Positions 1-9,788 of a stretch of 64,000 nucleotides of DNA are shown piece by piece. The translations under genes and the position numbers were made by a program. Under the pieces are notes generated by a model. It ran no database searches, was not told the DNA's origin, and saw only the letters and a list, made by a program, of their open reading frames with translations. The stretch's first letter is position 1. Each line of letters starts with the position of its first letter. The stretch is from Bacteroidales bacterium (GTDB lineage Bacteria > Bacteroidota > Bacteroidia > Bacteroidales > UBA932). Where the stretch lies: the NCBI GenBank assembly GCA_017561865.1, contig JAFZBH010000005.1, positions 28,302 through 92,301 on the forward strand. The letters are read 5' to 3'.

Positions 1-1
1 T

Positions 2-163
2 TTCGAAGGCGCTCAGGCTCAGCACGCCGTTTTGCGTTATCTGGTGCGCCGGCGCCTTTCCAAGTCCCTGCTCACGCAGGGGCGTATCTTCGACGCCTGG
101 GGGCATGAGATCGGCCTCGACGCCCCGCTTCACGAAGGACAAACCATCAAATTCAAGAAATAA
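2..163 (+). CDS. 3' end of a CDS truncated by the window edge (FEGAQAQHAVLRYL...GQTIKFKK*), function unknown
   Basis: Open frame from base 2 to TAA at 161-163, with coding-like GC3 bias, ending 1 nt before the next ATG. Confidence 0.6.
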   Translation, partial: FEGAQAQHAVLRYLVRRRLSKSLLTQGRIFDAWGHEIGLDAPLHEGQTIKFKK

Positions 164-164
164 A

Positions 165-1601
165 ATGAAGAAACTGTTTCTGACCCTCGCCGCGGTCTGC
201 CTGCTGGGTGCTGCGGCCTTTGCAGAAAAGAAGGAGGTGCATATCATTTCCGTCAATGACATGCACGGCAAGATCGAGAATTTCCCGCAGCTGGCAGCCA
301 TCGTGGACAGTATGCGCGCCGTTTATCCCGACCTGCTCGTCATTTCCGCCGGCGACAACCGCACCGGCGAGCCGCTCAACGACCTTTATGAGATTCCGGC
401 CTATCCGATGGTCATGCTGATGAACATGGTCGGCTTCCACGCCACCACGATGGGCAACCACGAGTTCGACTCCGGCGCCGCCGGACTGGGCAAGCTGATG
501 GGCATGTCCGGTTTCAGCTACATCTGCGCCAACCTGCAGCCGAATCCCGAACTGGGCGTCGTGCCGCGTCCCACGCAGATCTTTGACGTGAACGGCGTCA
601 AGGTCGGTTTCGTCGGCGCCGTCGAGATCAACGACCGCATGACCCCGGATACCCACCCGGACAATGTCGTCGGCCTGACCTTCACCCCGGTCCTCGAGAC
701 CCTCGAGAAGTATAAGGGCCTGCGCGACGAATGCGACGTGGTCATCTTCCTCAGCCACATCGGCTATGAAGCCGACGTCGAGATCTCCAAGGACCTTCCC
801 TGGGTGGACGTCATCATCGGCGGCCACTCGCACACCCAGATCGCGGGCGGCGAGATGCATAACGGTCTGATGATCACCCAGGTCACCAACCGTCTCAAGA
901 GAGTCACCCATATCACCATCACCGTCGAGGACGGCAAGGTGGTCGGCAGGAAGGCCGAGAACATCGAAGTCGAGGGCTATCCCAAACAGAATCCGGTCGT
1001 GGCGGAAGTGGTCCGCTATTTCAGCGACAACCCCGAGTTCCAGCGCGTACTCGCCACGCTGACGGCCCCGATGACCAGCTATGAGCAGCTCGGCTGCATG
1101 ATGACCGACGCCTGGCGCGTGGAGACGGGCTCCGACATCGCCTTCACCAACACCGGCGGCGTCCGTTACGACTCCCTGCCGGCCGGCCCGTTCACGGTCA
1201 GCGACGTGCTGAGGCTCGATCCGTTCGGCAACGACACGGTCCAGCTCGAGCTCACGGGCCAGGAGCTCAAGGATATGCTCATCGCCACCACCTACAACGA
1301 CACCTACGGCTTCCCGAAGGTCAGCGGCATCATCTGCAACGTCATCTTCGACAAGAAGAACCCGGAGAAGATCAAGGAGCTGAAGATCACCAACCCGGAC
1401 GGCAGCAAGTTCGACCTCAAGAAGAAGTACAAGGTCGTGACCAACAGCTACACGGCTTCCATCGCGGATTCCCCGCGCAAGGACCAGGGCCGCGCGCTGA
1501 ACCGCACCACCGCCTCCATCATCCAGGAATACCTGGAGCACCAGGGCACCATCGACTACACGGGCGTGGAGCGCACGTTCCAGAGTGTGTCGAAGAAATA
1601 A
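165..1601 (+). CDS. Secreted bifunctional metallophosphatase / 5'-nucleotidase
   Basis: Signal peptide MKKLFLTLAAVCLLGAAAFA; motifs NDMHG, SAGD, GNHEFD, LSHIG, GGHSH; C-terminal N.GGVR...PFGN 5'-NT domain. Confidence 0.9.
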   Translation: MKKLFLTLAAVCLLGAAAFAEKKEVHIISVNDMHGKIENFPQLAAIVDSMRAVYPDLLVISAGDNRTGEPLNDLYEIPAYPMVMLMNMVGFHATTMGNHEFDSGAAGLGKLMGMSGFSYICANLQPNPELGVVPRPTQIFDVNGVKVGFVGAVEINDRMTPDTHPDNVVGLTFTPVLETLEKYKGLRDECDVVIFLSHIGYEADVEISKDLPWVDVIIGGHSHTQIAGGEMHNGLMITQVTNRLKRVTHITITVEDGKVVGRKAENIEVEGYPKQNPVVAEVVRYFSDNPEFQRVLATLTAPMTSYEQLGCMMTDAWRVETGSDIAFTNTGGVRYDSLPAGPFTVSDVLRLDPFGNDTVQLELTGQELKDMLIATTYNDTYGFPKVSGIICNVIFDKKNPEKIKELKITNPDGSKFDLKKKYKVVTNSYTASIADSPRKDQGRALNRTTASIIQEYLEHQGTIDYTGVERTFQSVSKK

Positions 1602-1616
1602 TCCGATATACACAAA

Positions 1617-1653
1617 GAAGAAGCCCGGCTGCGAGGTGCAGCCGGGCTTCTTC
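1617..1653. terminator. Bidirectional intrinsic terminator between convergent genes
   Basis: GAAGAAGCCCGGCTGC-gaggt-GCAGCCGGGCTTCTTC perfect 16-bp stem. Confidence 0.85.
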
Positions 1654-1667
1654 GTATCATTGAACGA

Positions 1668-2897
1668 TTACCAGTTCAGGATCTTCTTGAAGTCATAGTC
1701 TTCCGGGTTGGAGACATACTTCTTCGCAGCCTCGTAGTCGGCCGGGGTGATGAAGTGGCAGATGAAGCCGTAGTAGTTGCGGCAGATGCCGTTCTCGATT
1801 TCCACGCGACGCGGGGGAATCTTGCCCTCCGCATTCTGGAGATCCTTCAGGTAGAGAGGTTTGGTGTTTCCGCAAGGGTCCACGTAGACCATGCAACCGG
1901 TCTCTCCGCGGGAATAAAGGTCGTAGACGCCCATGGCCAGTTCCGTGCAGTACGAAAGGTCGTATGCGATAGGATCCTGGCAGCGGACGTCGTAACCGAT
2001 TTCCACGGGACGCGTCTTGACACCGAGGCCGATCTCCTTGAAGCGCTTTTCAAGGATGTCATTGAACAGGACAGCCTTGCTGATCTTGCCGAGTTCCGGA
2101 TGGCCGTGCTCGTCATAGGTCATATGCACGCCGGCATTCCTGATCTCCTCGGCATCCAGATCGTGGAAAACGCCTTCGGCAACCACGATGGTTCCGTAGC
2201 CGATGCCCAGGACCTTCCGCTTGAGAATGGAGGAAATGGCCAGGTTGACGATCTTGTCCAGGGAGATGGCCGTCTTGTTGAACATCTCCGGGATAATGGT
2301 CATCGGGCAGTGGGTTGCCTCACCAATGCCGAGTGCAAGATGCCCTGCGCTGCGTCCCATAGCGCTGATAATAAGCCAGTTTCCGCTGGTCCGAGCATCT
2401 TCGTAAACGGTCTTCGCAAGGTGGGCGCCTTCGTCTTTGGCAGAGTTGAAGCCAAACGTAGGGGCGTTGCCCGGAAGCGGGAGGTCGTTGTCGATGGTCT
2501 TCGGAACGTGGATGTTATGGATCGGATAGTTCTTTGCAGCCAGGAACTTGGCGATACGGTTTGCCGTGGAAGCGGTATCGTCACCGCCTACGGTCACCAG
2601 CAGCTTGATGTTGTTGTCCTGGAAAAGGGAAAGGTTGAAATTCTCCTCGAAGTCGGCATCCTTGGGCTTGAAGCGGGACATCTGGAAATAGGAACCGCCG
2701 CGGTTGAAGTAATAATCGGCCAGGGCGAAATCGATGTCCTCGGTACGGGGATTCTTGCTGAAAAGACCGCTGTAGCCGCCATGCAGGCCGATGACACGAA
2801 AACCATTGGACAGGAAGGTCTTGGCAACAGACATTACGACGGTGTTCATACCCGGAGCCGGGCCGCCACCGCAAAGGATGATGATGGAATCTTTCAT
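1668..2897 (-). CDS. pfp: Pyrophosphate-dependent 6-phosphofructokinase (PfkA family)
   Basis: GGGPAPG, GGDD (PPi-type), PKTIDND, MGRSAG, IPE motifs. Confidence 0.88.
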   Translation of the reverse strand: MKDSIIILCGGGPAPGMNTVVMSVAKTFLSNGFRVIGLHGGYSGLFSKNPRTEDIDFALADYYFNRGGSYFQMSRFKPKDADFEENFNLSLFQDNNIKLLVTVGGDDTASTANRIAKFLAAKNYPIHNIHVPKTIDNDLPLPGNAPTFGFNSAKDEGAHLAKTVYEDARTSGNWLIISAMGRSAGHLALGIGEATHCPMTIIPEMFNKTAISLDKIVNLAISSILKRKVLGIGYGTIVVAEGVFHDLDAEEIRNAGVHMTYDEHGHPELGKISKAVLFNDILEKRFKEIGLGVKTRPVEIGYDVRCQDPIAYDLSYCTELAMGVYDLYSRGETGCMVYVDPCGNTKPLYLKDLQNAEGKIPPRRVEIENGICRNYYGFICHFITPADYEAAKKYVSNPEDYDFKKILNW

Positions 2898-2969
2898 TGT
2901 GATATACTAACTAATTTGACTTTCACGAAATCTTGCGAATTTACACATTTCTCGCCGGAAATCCAATTC

Positions 2970-5888
2970 CTACATCATATTAAACATCGCGTCCTGTACG
3001 CGGGCGTTCTTGGCGGGATTCATCTTGCCGAAGCTCCACTTGAGCGAGAACATCGCATAGCGGCCCATGATGAGGCTATAACGGTCCTCGACGTATTCCG
3101 CATTGACCGTGTGCTGCTGCATACGCTGCTGGTTCAGCAGGTCAGAAATGCCCAGGCTCAGGGTAAAGGCGTTGATGTTCTTGCTGACGTTCACGTTCCA
3201 GAGGCAGTATGGATCATTGAATCCGGCGGGATAGCCCAGGAAATGATCATATTCCACGTCCGTCTTGAACTCCCATCCGTGCAAGGTTTCGTAAAGCAGT
3301 TCGAGCCGATGTCCGAACTGCCAGTAATCCGTATTGGCGGAGGAATCGAGGCTGTAGCTGCTGCGCTGGTTACCGGCATAGGAATAATAATCGATCGAGA
3401 AACGGTCCAGTCTGTATGTAAAGCCCAGGTTGCCCTGGAGTGTACATTGAAGGACCCGGCTCTCGGAGAATCCGCTCTGCCCGCCGTAGAAACGGCTGCC
3501 GCCTGCATCACCCCAGAAATCCGTCATGAAAGCATTGTAATCGAAGGACAGCAGGTCCATCCCGGCCCGCCGGCCCGTCGCCTGGTAATGCGTACTCGCA
3601 GACATGTTTCCGTATAAACCGGCAGAAAGACTCAACCGCTTCTTCTTTCCGACAGGCTGACGCCAGGAGAAGTTGCCGTAAAGGGAATTGGAGGGTTTGC
3701 GGGTATTGACGGGGACGGAAAACCGGACGCCCTCCGTGTCAAACCACGAGGCGGATACAATCCCGCGCTGGGTCATCGTTCCGTCGATATAAAAGCTGAA
3801 ATAAGAGAGGGTTTTCCGGTTGTTATAGTTCCAGGAGATGTAGGCGTCATGCACGTAACTCGGACGCAGATAGACATTTCCGGTCGTGATTTCCAGCGGA
3901 TTGGAGATATCCAGCACCGGGTTGATCCGGACCGCCGACGGCTGGGATGAGGTCCCCTGATAGTACGCACTGAGGGAGTGTCCGCTCTCCCAGTTCCAAC
4001 GGAAACTGATATACGGCGACCAGTCGTGCAGCCACTCGCCGATGCCGGTTTCCGTGTCCCGGCCGAGCGTCCGGGAACGCATCTCATTGCGGGTCTGGTC
4101 GTGCGTCAGACCGAAATAGAACTGGTTGTTCTCCTTGCGGTACTGCATCTGCAGGCTCTGGTGCAACAGGAGAAAGTCGTTGCGCGACATCGAGGAGTAA
4201 TAGTCGTTGGCCGAGCCGTCGGCATTGAAGGCGGCTTTCTCGTTATTCCGCTGCTGCCAGCACGTGGAGGCGATCGCCGCGAGCCCCCAGTTTTGCCCGA
4301 AGGGCTCCAGATAAGAGAGATTCCCGCCGAGCACCTTGCCGCTGCCGCCGGTGTCGTAACGCAACTCGCGCGGCGTGACACTCGAGCCGTACCAGGTCCG
4401 GGAATCCTCCCGGCTCTCGCCCAGGTTCCGGTTGAAATTGTAATTTACGCTCAGGTTCAGGCTGCGCCGCTCCTTGCCGAAATCCTTGTAGCCGCCCGAG
4501 ATGCGCCCGCTGGTCTGGAAGCTGCGAGAGAAGGCGGATTTGCTCGCATCCGTGCCGTTGACCTCGGCGCCCTGGGCGTCCTTCGTCGCGGACTGGTTGC
4601 GGGAACTCGACGCGCTGCTGTTGAAACCGAACCTGGGCTGGAAGGAGAAATTGAACTTCTTAGGGTCCTTCTTGTTCAACTCGAAGCCGAAATTGACCCG
4701 GTTCGACCTGTTGTTGCCGCTCGTCCGGCCGTCCGTGAACAAGGGACTTTCCCCCACCAGCGTCGACTGACGCGCGCTGCGCTGCCCGGAGAGTTGGTCG
4801 GAGAAGTTGTAGCTGACGCTGGCGGTGGATTCCATCCCCTTGATGCGGTCGGAGTTAAGGTTCGCTCCCGCCATCGCAGACGTCTTCAAGCCGCCGATCA
4901 GGGAAATGGCGTCCAGGCTTTCAAGATCGAAATCTTCACCCGTGGCGACCAGGACGAAGCCGTTGCTGCTGCCAGGATCCGGCGCGTTCTGCCCGTTCGC
5001 AATCAATGTCAGCTGGTCCTGCTCGTCATAACCGCTGACCAGGACATTGCCGTTGAATAAGGCGTGGCGGTCATCGCCCAGTCCATCCTTATCGCTGCCG
5101 GGCCGCCAGCCGCCACCCAGTTTGGCGTTGCCGAACCAGCCTTGTTTGTATTCTTCCTTGAGCTCCAAGTCCATCACTTTCTCGCGGCTGTCCTGCGACG
5201 CGATGCCCGAGAAGGCGGCCTCCTTGTTTTCCTGGTCGATGACCTTGATCTTGTCCACAATCTTGGCCGGGAGGTTTTTCAGGGCCGCCGACGGGTCGTT
5301 GAAGAAGAAGGTCTTGCCGCCGACGGTGATCTTGTCCACCGGCTCGCCATTCACCTTGACCGTACCGTCCTCGCCGACCTCCATGCCCGGCATCTTCTTG
5401 ATCAGGTCCTCCAGCATCGCATTGTCGCCCACGTGGAAGGCCGCCGCATTGTAGATCAGCGTGTCCTGCCGGACCTCGACGGCGTTGCCCACCGTGGTGA
5501 TGGTCGCCGCGTCGATGATCTCCGGATTCTCCTCCAGCTTGATCTTGCCGAGGTCTTCCTCATAGTTGCGGAAGTTGTAGTCTTTCCGGAAAGGCGTGTA
5601 GCCGATCAGTTCCACATTCAGCCGGTAGCGCCCCACGGGCACGTCCCCGATCTCCACTTCGCCCTTCTGGTCGGACAGGGCGAAATGGGTGATGGTCGTG
5701 TCGCCCTGCGGGTTGAGGTACACCGTCGCGAAGGGCAGCGGCTCCTCGGACTTGGCATCCTGCACGGTAAGTTTGACCTTGATGTTCCGGTTGCGCTCGA
5801 ACATATCGTAGTCCATCACGACCACCTGCGCGTGGGCGGACATGGCCAGCAGGAGGCCAAGTATGGCAAAAGCGATTCTTTTCATCAA
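2970..5888 (-). CDS. Outer-membrane beta-barrel protein with N-terminal carboxypeptidase-regulatory-like domain and plug-like region (TonB-dependent-receptor-like)
   Basis: Signal peptide, EPLPFATV, DTLIYNA..EDLIKKMPG..NLPAKIVDKIKV; C-terminal amphipathic strands (GRYAMFSLKWSF). Confidence 0.8.
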   Translation of the reverse strand: MMKRIAFAILGLLLAMSAHAQVVVMDYDMFERNRNIKVKLTVQDAKSEEPLPFATVYLNPQGDTTITHFALSDQKGEVEIGDVPVGRYRLNVELIGYTPFRKDYNFRNYEEDLGKIKLEENPEIIDAATITTVGNAVEVRQDTLIYNAAAFHVGDNAMLEDLIKKMPGMEVGEDGTVKVNGEPVDKITVGGKTFFFNDPSAALKNLPAKIVDKIKVIDQENKEAAFSGIASQDSREKVMDLELKEEYKQGWFGNAKLGGGWRPGSDKDGLGDDRHALFNGNVLVSGYDEQDQLTLIANGQNAPDPGSSNGFVLVATGEDFDLESLDAISLIGGLKTSAMAGANLNSDRIKGMESTASVSYNFSDQLSGQRSARQSTLVGESPLFTDGRTSGNNRSNRVNFGFELNKKDPKKFNFSFQPRFGFNSSASSSRNQSATKDAQGAEVNGTDASKSAFSRSFQTSGRISGGYKDFGKERRSLNLSVNYNFNRNLGESREDSRTWYGSSVTPRELRYDTGGSGKVLGGNLSYLEPFGQNWGLAAIASTCWQQRNNEKAAFNADGSANDYYSSMSRNDFLLLHQSLQMQYRKENNQFYFGLTHDQTRNEMRSRTLGRDTETGIGEWLHDWSPYISFRWNWESGHSLSAYYQGTSSQPSAVRINPVLDISNPLEITTGNVYLRPSYVHDAYISWNYNNRKTLSYFSFYIDGTMTQRGIVSASWFDTEGVRFSVPVNTRKPSNSLYGNFSWRQPVGKKKRLSLSAGLYGNMSASTHYQATGRRAGMDLLSFDYNAFMTDFWGDAGGSRFYGGQSGFSESRVLQCTLQGNLGFTYRLDRFSIDYYSYAGNQRSSYSLDSSANTDYWQFGHRLELLYETLHGWEFKTDVEYDHFLGYPAGFNDPYCLWNVNVSKNINAFTLSLGISDLLNQQRMQQHTVNAEYVEDRYSLIMGRYAMFSLKWSFGKMNPAKNARVQDAMFNMM

Positions 5889-5900
5889 TAATCTATGGTG

Positions 5901-7724
5901 TTATTCCTGTTTCAATGCCTTATCCAGCCCCGCCAAAACACTTTCGCCGTACCCGATGATCTTATCCTGAATCTTCCCGTCCCGGCCAACGATCAAGTAT
6001 GTCGGGTAGGCATTCGACTCAATTTGCGCGAAGATAGCTCGTAACTGTTCGTCGGAGAAGTAGTAGTGGTCACCCCGGATGTCGCCTATCATTTCTTTCC
6101 ACTTCGGAAGCGGTGAGGTCGTGCTGGTGAAATACACGAAAGTAACGTCCTTGAAACGGCTGTCCTTCAACGGTTCCATGGCCTTGTGTCCCTCCCGGCA
6201 GGGGCCGCACCACGTTGCCCAGAAATCGACGAGGACCACTTTCCCCTTATACTGAGAAAGAATGGTGTCCAACATTTTATTCGCGGGGACATCCGGAATC
6301 TCCTTCACGCAGGCCGGCATGGCCGCCGAAGCGGCTTCATTGGCCTCCTGCAGGGAAAGAATGCATTCCTTGTAAAAAGGCGAATTCAACGCGTCGAGTA
6401 TGGCCATATCGTCATCGTCAGGCGTTGCACCTTTCAGGACTTTCTGCGAAATCGGATAAGCGTCGGTATAGTCGGCCTGCAGGCATTTCCTGTCCGGAAA
6501 CACCAACGGACTGAGCGTTGGAGCCAGAATACCTGCAGGACCCATAAGTATCATCCTGGGGTTGTTCAGGTCGAGTTCCTTCAGGAATGACAAGTCTTCG
6601 GGCGAAAATGATTCTGCGACATATCCGGTCCGATCACCTTGATGGGCTGCCTCATATTGCACCCTCCTGATGTAACCTGCGTTTGACAAGGCGGATATCG
6701 CTTCGGATGCGATAAAAGCCTGGAGGTATTCCCGTTGGGCGGGAGATATGGAATCATCCGCATCAAGAATTGCCTTTTTCTCCTTGTAGATTGTATACAC
6801 GGTATTCGCGTATTCCGATAGATTTTTGGCATCGGAGGCAAATTCGCCATTCAAAGCATTGAAAGTATATTTGATTTCACCGTTGCGCTCAATATTGTTG
6901 ATTGCAGCAAAATGGCCAGAATACACGGCTGAGGGAGCGGCCGGCTCTGTCAGCATGAACCGTTCCGCAGTCAAATTCCTCCCGCTGCCATCAACCGTAA
7001 CCGTGATTGTTTCGCCCGGATGAATCAAGATATATGCATACGAAAAGTCGTGCCCCACGACAAGTATTGCCCTTGCCGGACCGTGATGATCAAAAGAGAA
7101 GGAGGCGACTCCATTATCGTCCATAACGGTCGAATATTCGTTCTGCTCTGGCGGGAAAAAGTCGTTGACATACAACCTGACGGTCACCGGTTGAAGCCCT
7201 TTCAAAGAACACGGGAGGTGGACTTCCAACCGGGATGTTCCGGACTTGAGTTCAATCTCCGGCAATGCGTCTGAATGCGTAGCGGGGACTTTCAGCGTTG
7301 TTCCGGCTTTCCCGCTCAGGTCTATATGATAGAAGTTGAATGCTCCCTCGACTCCTTCTGCTTCAATATAGCTGATATCCTTTGTCTTATCCGGTATCGG
7401 CTCGAAGAAAAGCTTGTACTCGGCGTTTCCGTTTTCATCCATATGCAAATGCTCGCCGGGCGTGATGCCTTCCGTTCCCTTCAGGGCATACCGCACCTTC
7501 CCATCGGTCAGGTAGGCTTCCGGAGCGACCTGAATCCACCATTGCGGCCGGAAAAAGGATTTGAAAGACAGAATCGTAGCCGTGTCCGTTCGTTCCACGC
7601 AGACCAGTTCCTGCGAATTGGCATTCCGGAAGGCGTAGTGCGGATAATCCACTTTCTGAGGCAGTTTTCCGGTGCATGCCACCAACAGTACCGCAACGAA
7701 TGCTGTAACGATGCTTTTTCTCAT
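5901..7724 (-). CDS. TlpA-family thiol-disulfide oxidoreductase lipoprotein
   Basis: Lipobox LLVAC; C-terminal KGKVVLVDFWATWCGPC and YPTY. Confidence 0.88.
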   Translation of the reverse strand: MRKSIVTAFVAVLLVACTGKLPQKVDYPHYAFRNANSQELVCVERTDTATILSFKSFFRPQWWIQVAPEAYLTDGKVRYALKGTEGITPGEHLHMDENGNAEYKLFFEPIPDKTKDISYIEAEGVEGAFNFYHIDLSGKAGTTLKVPATHSDALPEIELKSGTSRLEVHLPCSLKGLQPVTVRLYVNDFFPPEQNEYSTVMDDNGVASFSFDHHGPARAILVVGHDFSYAYILIHPGETITVTVDGSGRNLTAERFMLTEPAAPSAVYSGHFAAINNIERNGEIKYTFNALNGEFASDAKNLSEYANTVYTIYKEKKAILDADDSISPAQREYLQAFIASEAISALSNAGYIRRVQYEAAHQGDRTGYVAESFSPEDLSFLKELDLNNPRMILMGPAGILAPTLSPLVFPDRKCLQADYTDAYPISQKVLKGATPDDDDMAILDALNSPFYKECILSLQEANEAASAAMPACVKEIPDVPANKMLDTILSQYKGKVVLVDFWATWCGPCREGHKAMEPLKDSRFKDVTFVYFTSTTSPLPKWKEMIGDIRGDHYYFSDEQLRAIFAQIESNAYPTYLIVGRDGKIQDKIIGYGESVLAGLDKALKQE

Positions 7725-7812
7725 ATCAAAAAAGTTTCTGTGAAGATAGTTGTATTCTATTCATCCGCCAAGTCAAAACCCTCGATTTGCTTGTTAAATC
7801 CCCGTTTCTGGA

Positions 7813-8805
7813 TCATTTCATTCCATTTGCAATGAGCGCTTCAAATTTGGCCTGGGGAATTTTACCTTCGATGCAGACGAACTGGCCGTAATTGTAATCG
7901 ACATCCATCCGAACCAGCACGAAACCCGTTACAATCTTGCCGTCCCCGGCGACATAGAGTCGGGTAACCAGTTCACCATCACGCTTTTCCATCAAGAGTA
8001 CGTAACCGCTATCGGCAAGATAATCCTGGATGTCCATTTTGAGACCGCCGAATTGCGTGTTGCGCTCATAGCGCTGTGTGTGGGTGTAGCTCGTGCCAGC
8101 GAGATTGCTGGTCCATTCTTTAGCGAATTCCAGCATATACAGGCCGTCGAGGGTCTGGATGATAGGTGAAAGATCCACGGGGCGCTTGAGTTCGATCTGG
8201 GGAATCTTCCCGATCATCTTGAACATCGCCTGGGAAATGTAAGTGGCGGTAACGCCCTCCTTTACTGACCATTTGGCGAAGAGGGACATCGCATCCGCCT
8301 TGGCAAGCGGGGCCGCCAAAGAGGATCCGACCGGACCGGATCTGACTCCCGCACGGTCCTCCTGCAGGGCCCGTTGCCATGCTTCGATGACCGGTCGATT
8401 TGATTCTTGCGCCGCTTTGAGGTTCTGTTCATCCCGGAAGTATTCCGACACTGTTCTTCCGTTCAGCAGCATAGTACGTTTCCCGTTTACAGGATGGTTC
8501 TGCCAGGAAATGGACTTGATGGGCTTTCCGCCGAGCGGACGGACCACAAAATACGTAACCCGGTTACTTACCTTGACATATAGCCCCAGGAATTCATCTT
8601 TATCGGTACTCATCGTGCTCTGCGTGCGGAAATTCTTAACTTGGTTTCCATCCATATCAATGATTTCCAGCGTCTTGAACTCACCGGGAGTCAGCGTATA
8701 CTGTTTACTGACCAAGACGGAAGAGGTCACTTCGTTTTCCGCACCTGCGGGCAACGCCAGGACCAGACCGAGAAGCAGACTCAACAGGATAGAAACTCTT
8801 TTCAT
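7813..8805 (-). CDS. Secreted DUF4252-like protein with N-terminal extension
   Basis: Signal peptide; C-terminal half LFAKWSVKEGVTATYISQAMFKMI...FVCIEGKI resembles DUF4252; lies downstream of an ECF/anti-sigma pair. Confidence 0.65.
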   Translation of the reverse strand: MKRVSILLSLLLGLVLALPAGAENEVTSSVLVSKQYTLTPGEFKTLEIIDMDGNQVKNFRTQSTMSTDKDEFLGLYVKVSNRVTYFVVRPLGGKPIKSISWQNHPVNGKRTMLLNGRTVSEYFRDEQNLKAAQESNRPVIEAWQRALQEDRAGVRSGPVGSSLAAPLAKADAMSLFAKWSVKEGVTATYISQAMFKMIGKIPQIELKRPVDLSPIIQTLDGLYMLEFAKEWTSNLAGTSYTHTQRYERNTQFGGLKMDIQDYLADSGYVLLMEKRDGELVTRLYVAGDGKIVTGFVLVRMDVDYNYGQFVCIEGKIPQAKFEALIANGMK

Positions 8806-9200
8806 AATCCGTTCGTTATCTGATTGTTTTCAATGGGTTGATTTGCATGCTGCACCGCCTCCTGGAACATCGCGAACGCACGCGACATTTCAATGTACGC
8901 CAGTGTCGGGTCCGTGAAAGTATCCTTCGGCCGCTGCGGCTTCCTGACAAACAGGAATACGGCAACGGCGGCCAGTGCCACAGCCGGGACGGCGCCCCAC
9001 AGCCAGCGGGCGGGACGCTGCCGGAGCGCGGTCGCGCCAGGCTTATCCGCAAGCGCTTCCGCGCCTTTTTCCGCCAGGGATGCTGCACTGGCCATTGCCT
9101 GCAGCCGGTCCGGAAGGGCTTCCGGAACGGGGGTCTGCAGATCTTCTGCCATCCGCTGCAGCTCTTCGAGGCTGAGCCTCTCAATATCTTCCGTTGTCAT
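8802..9200 (-). CDS. Single-TM putative anti-sigma factor
   Basis: Overlaps ECF gene by 4 nt; one TM helix followed by PKDTFTDP..AY motif. Confidence 0.65.
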   Translation of the reverse strand: MTTEDIERLSLEELQRMAEDLQTPVPEALPDRLQAMASAASLAEKGAEALADKPGATALRQRPARWLWGAVPAVALAAVAVFLFVRKPQRPKDTFTDPTLAYIEMSRAFAMFQEAVQHANQPIENNQITNGL

Positions 9201-9661
9201 ATCTTCTTCTTGAGTTGGTTCTTCAAACGATGGAAAGCGACGCGTAGCGCGTTTTGTGAGAGTCCTGTATTTTGGGAAATCTCCTCAAAGGACATATCTT
9301 CTACCAGGCGCAGACGCAGCAGTTCCCGGCTTTTCGGTGGCAAGGCCCGGACGGCCGCCAGGATCCGTTCCATGCGGGCGCTACGCTCCCCTACTTCTTC
9401 TGGAAGATCATCTTCTACTGGTACTCTCCGTTTCCCAGCCCGCTCCCGAAGACGATCGACACACAAGTTACGCATCAATGTCAGGCACCAGGCTCGCGGA
9501 TTGTCCACCCGGTCGAGACCGTCCCTGCGGCTCCAAACCTTGATGAACAGGTCCTGGACGGCGTCTTCTGCCTCAGCCTGCGAGCCAAGCAGGCGGAATG
9601 CCACCCGATACAGGCTATCCCCCAGCGGCAAGTACACACGTATGAACTCTTCCGGCGTCAT
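9197..9661 (-). CDS. ECF RNA polymerase sigma factor
   Basis: LYRVAFRLLG..EAEDAVQDLFIKVW (region 2); LPPKSRELLRLR..SFEEIS (region 4). Confidence 0.92.
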   Translation of the reverse strand: MTPEEFIRVYLPLGDSLYRVAFRLLGSQAEAEDAVQDLFIKVWSRRDGLDRVDNPRAWCLTLMRNLCVDRLRERAGKRRVPVEDDLPEEVGERSARMERILAAVRALPPKSRELLRLRLVEDMSFEEISQNTGLSQNALRVAFHRLKNQLKKKI

Positions 9662-9667
9662 TCAATT

Positions 9668-9697
9668 ATTAGACGGAAAAAACGGCAGAATATTACA
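9668..9697 (-). promoter_or_regulatory. Putative ECF-type autoregulatory promoter TGTAAT-N16-CGTCTAAT giving a near-leaderless transcript
   Basis: Minus-strand motif 6 nt upstream of the ECF ATG; near-identical motif at 16206-16236. Confidence 0.55.
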
Positions 9698-9700
9698 TCC

Positions 9701-9782
9701 CGGGAGCAAAAAAGCCCTGATTTGCTCCCGGAGTGCGGAAAATCCGGTCGCCGGGAGCGGAGAAGGGCCTCAGCGCTCCCGG
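9701..9782. repeat. REP-like palindrome doublet (2 x CGGGAGC-N16-GCTCCCG, 51-nt period), orphan copy
   Basis: Units begin at 9701 and 9752; same geometry as the doublets flanking the RAYT-like gene. Confidence 0.8.
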
Positions 9783-9788
9783 AAACCG

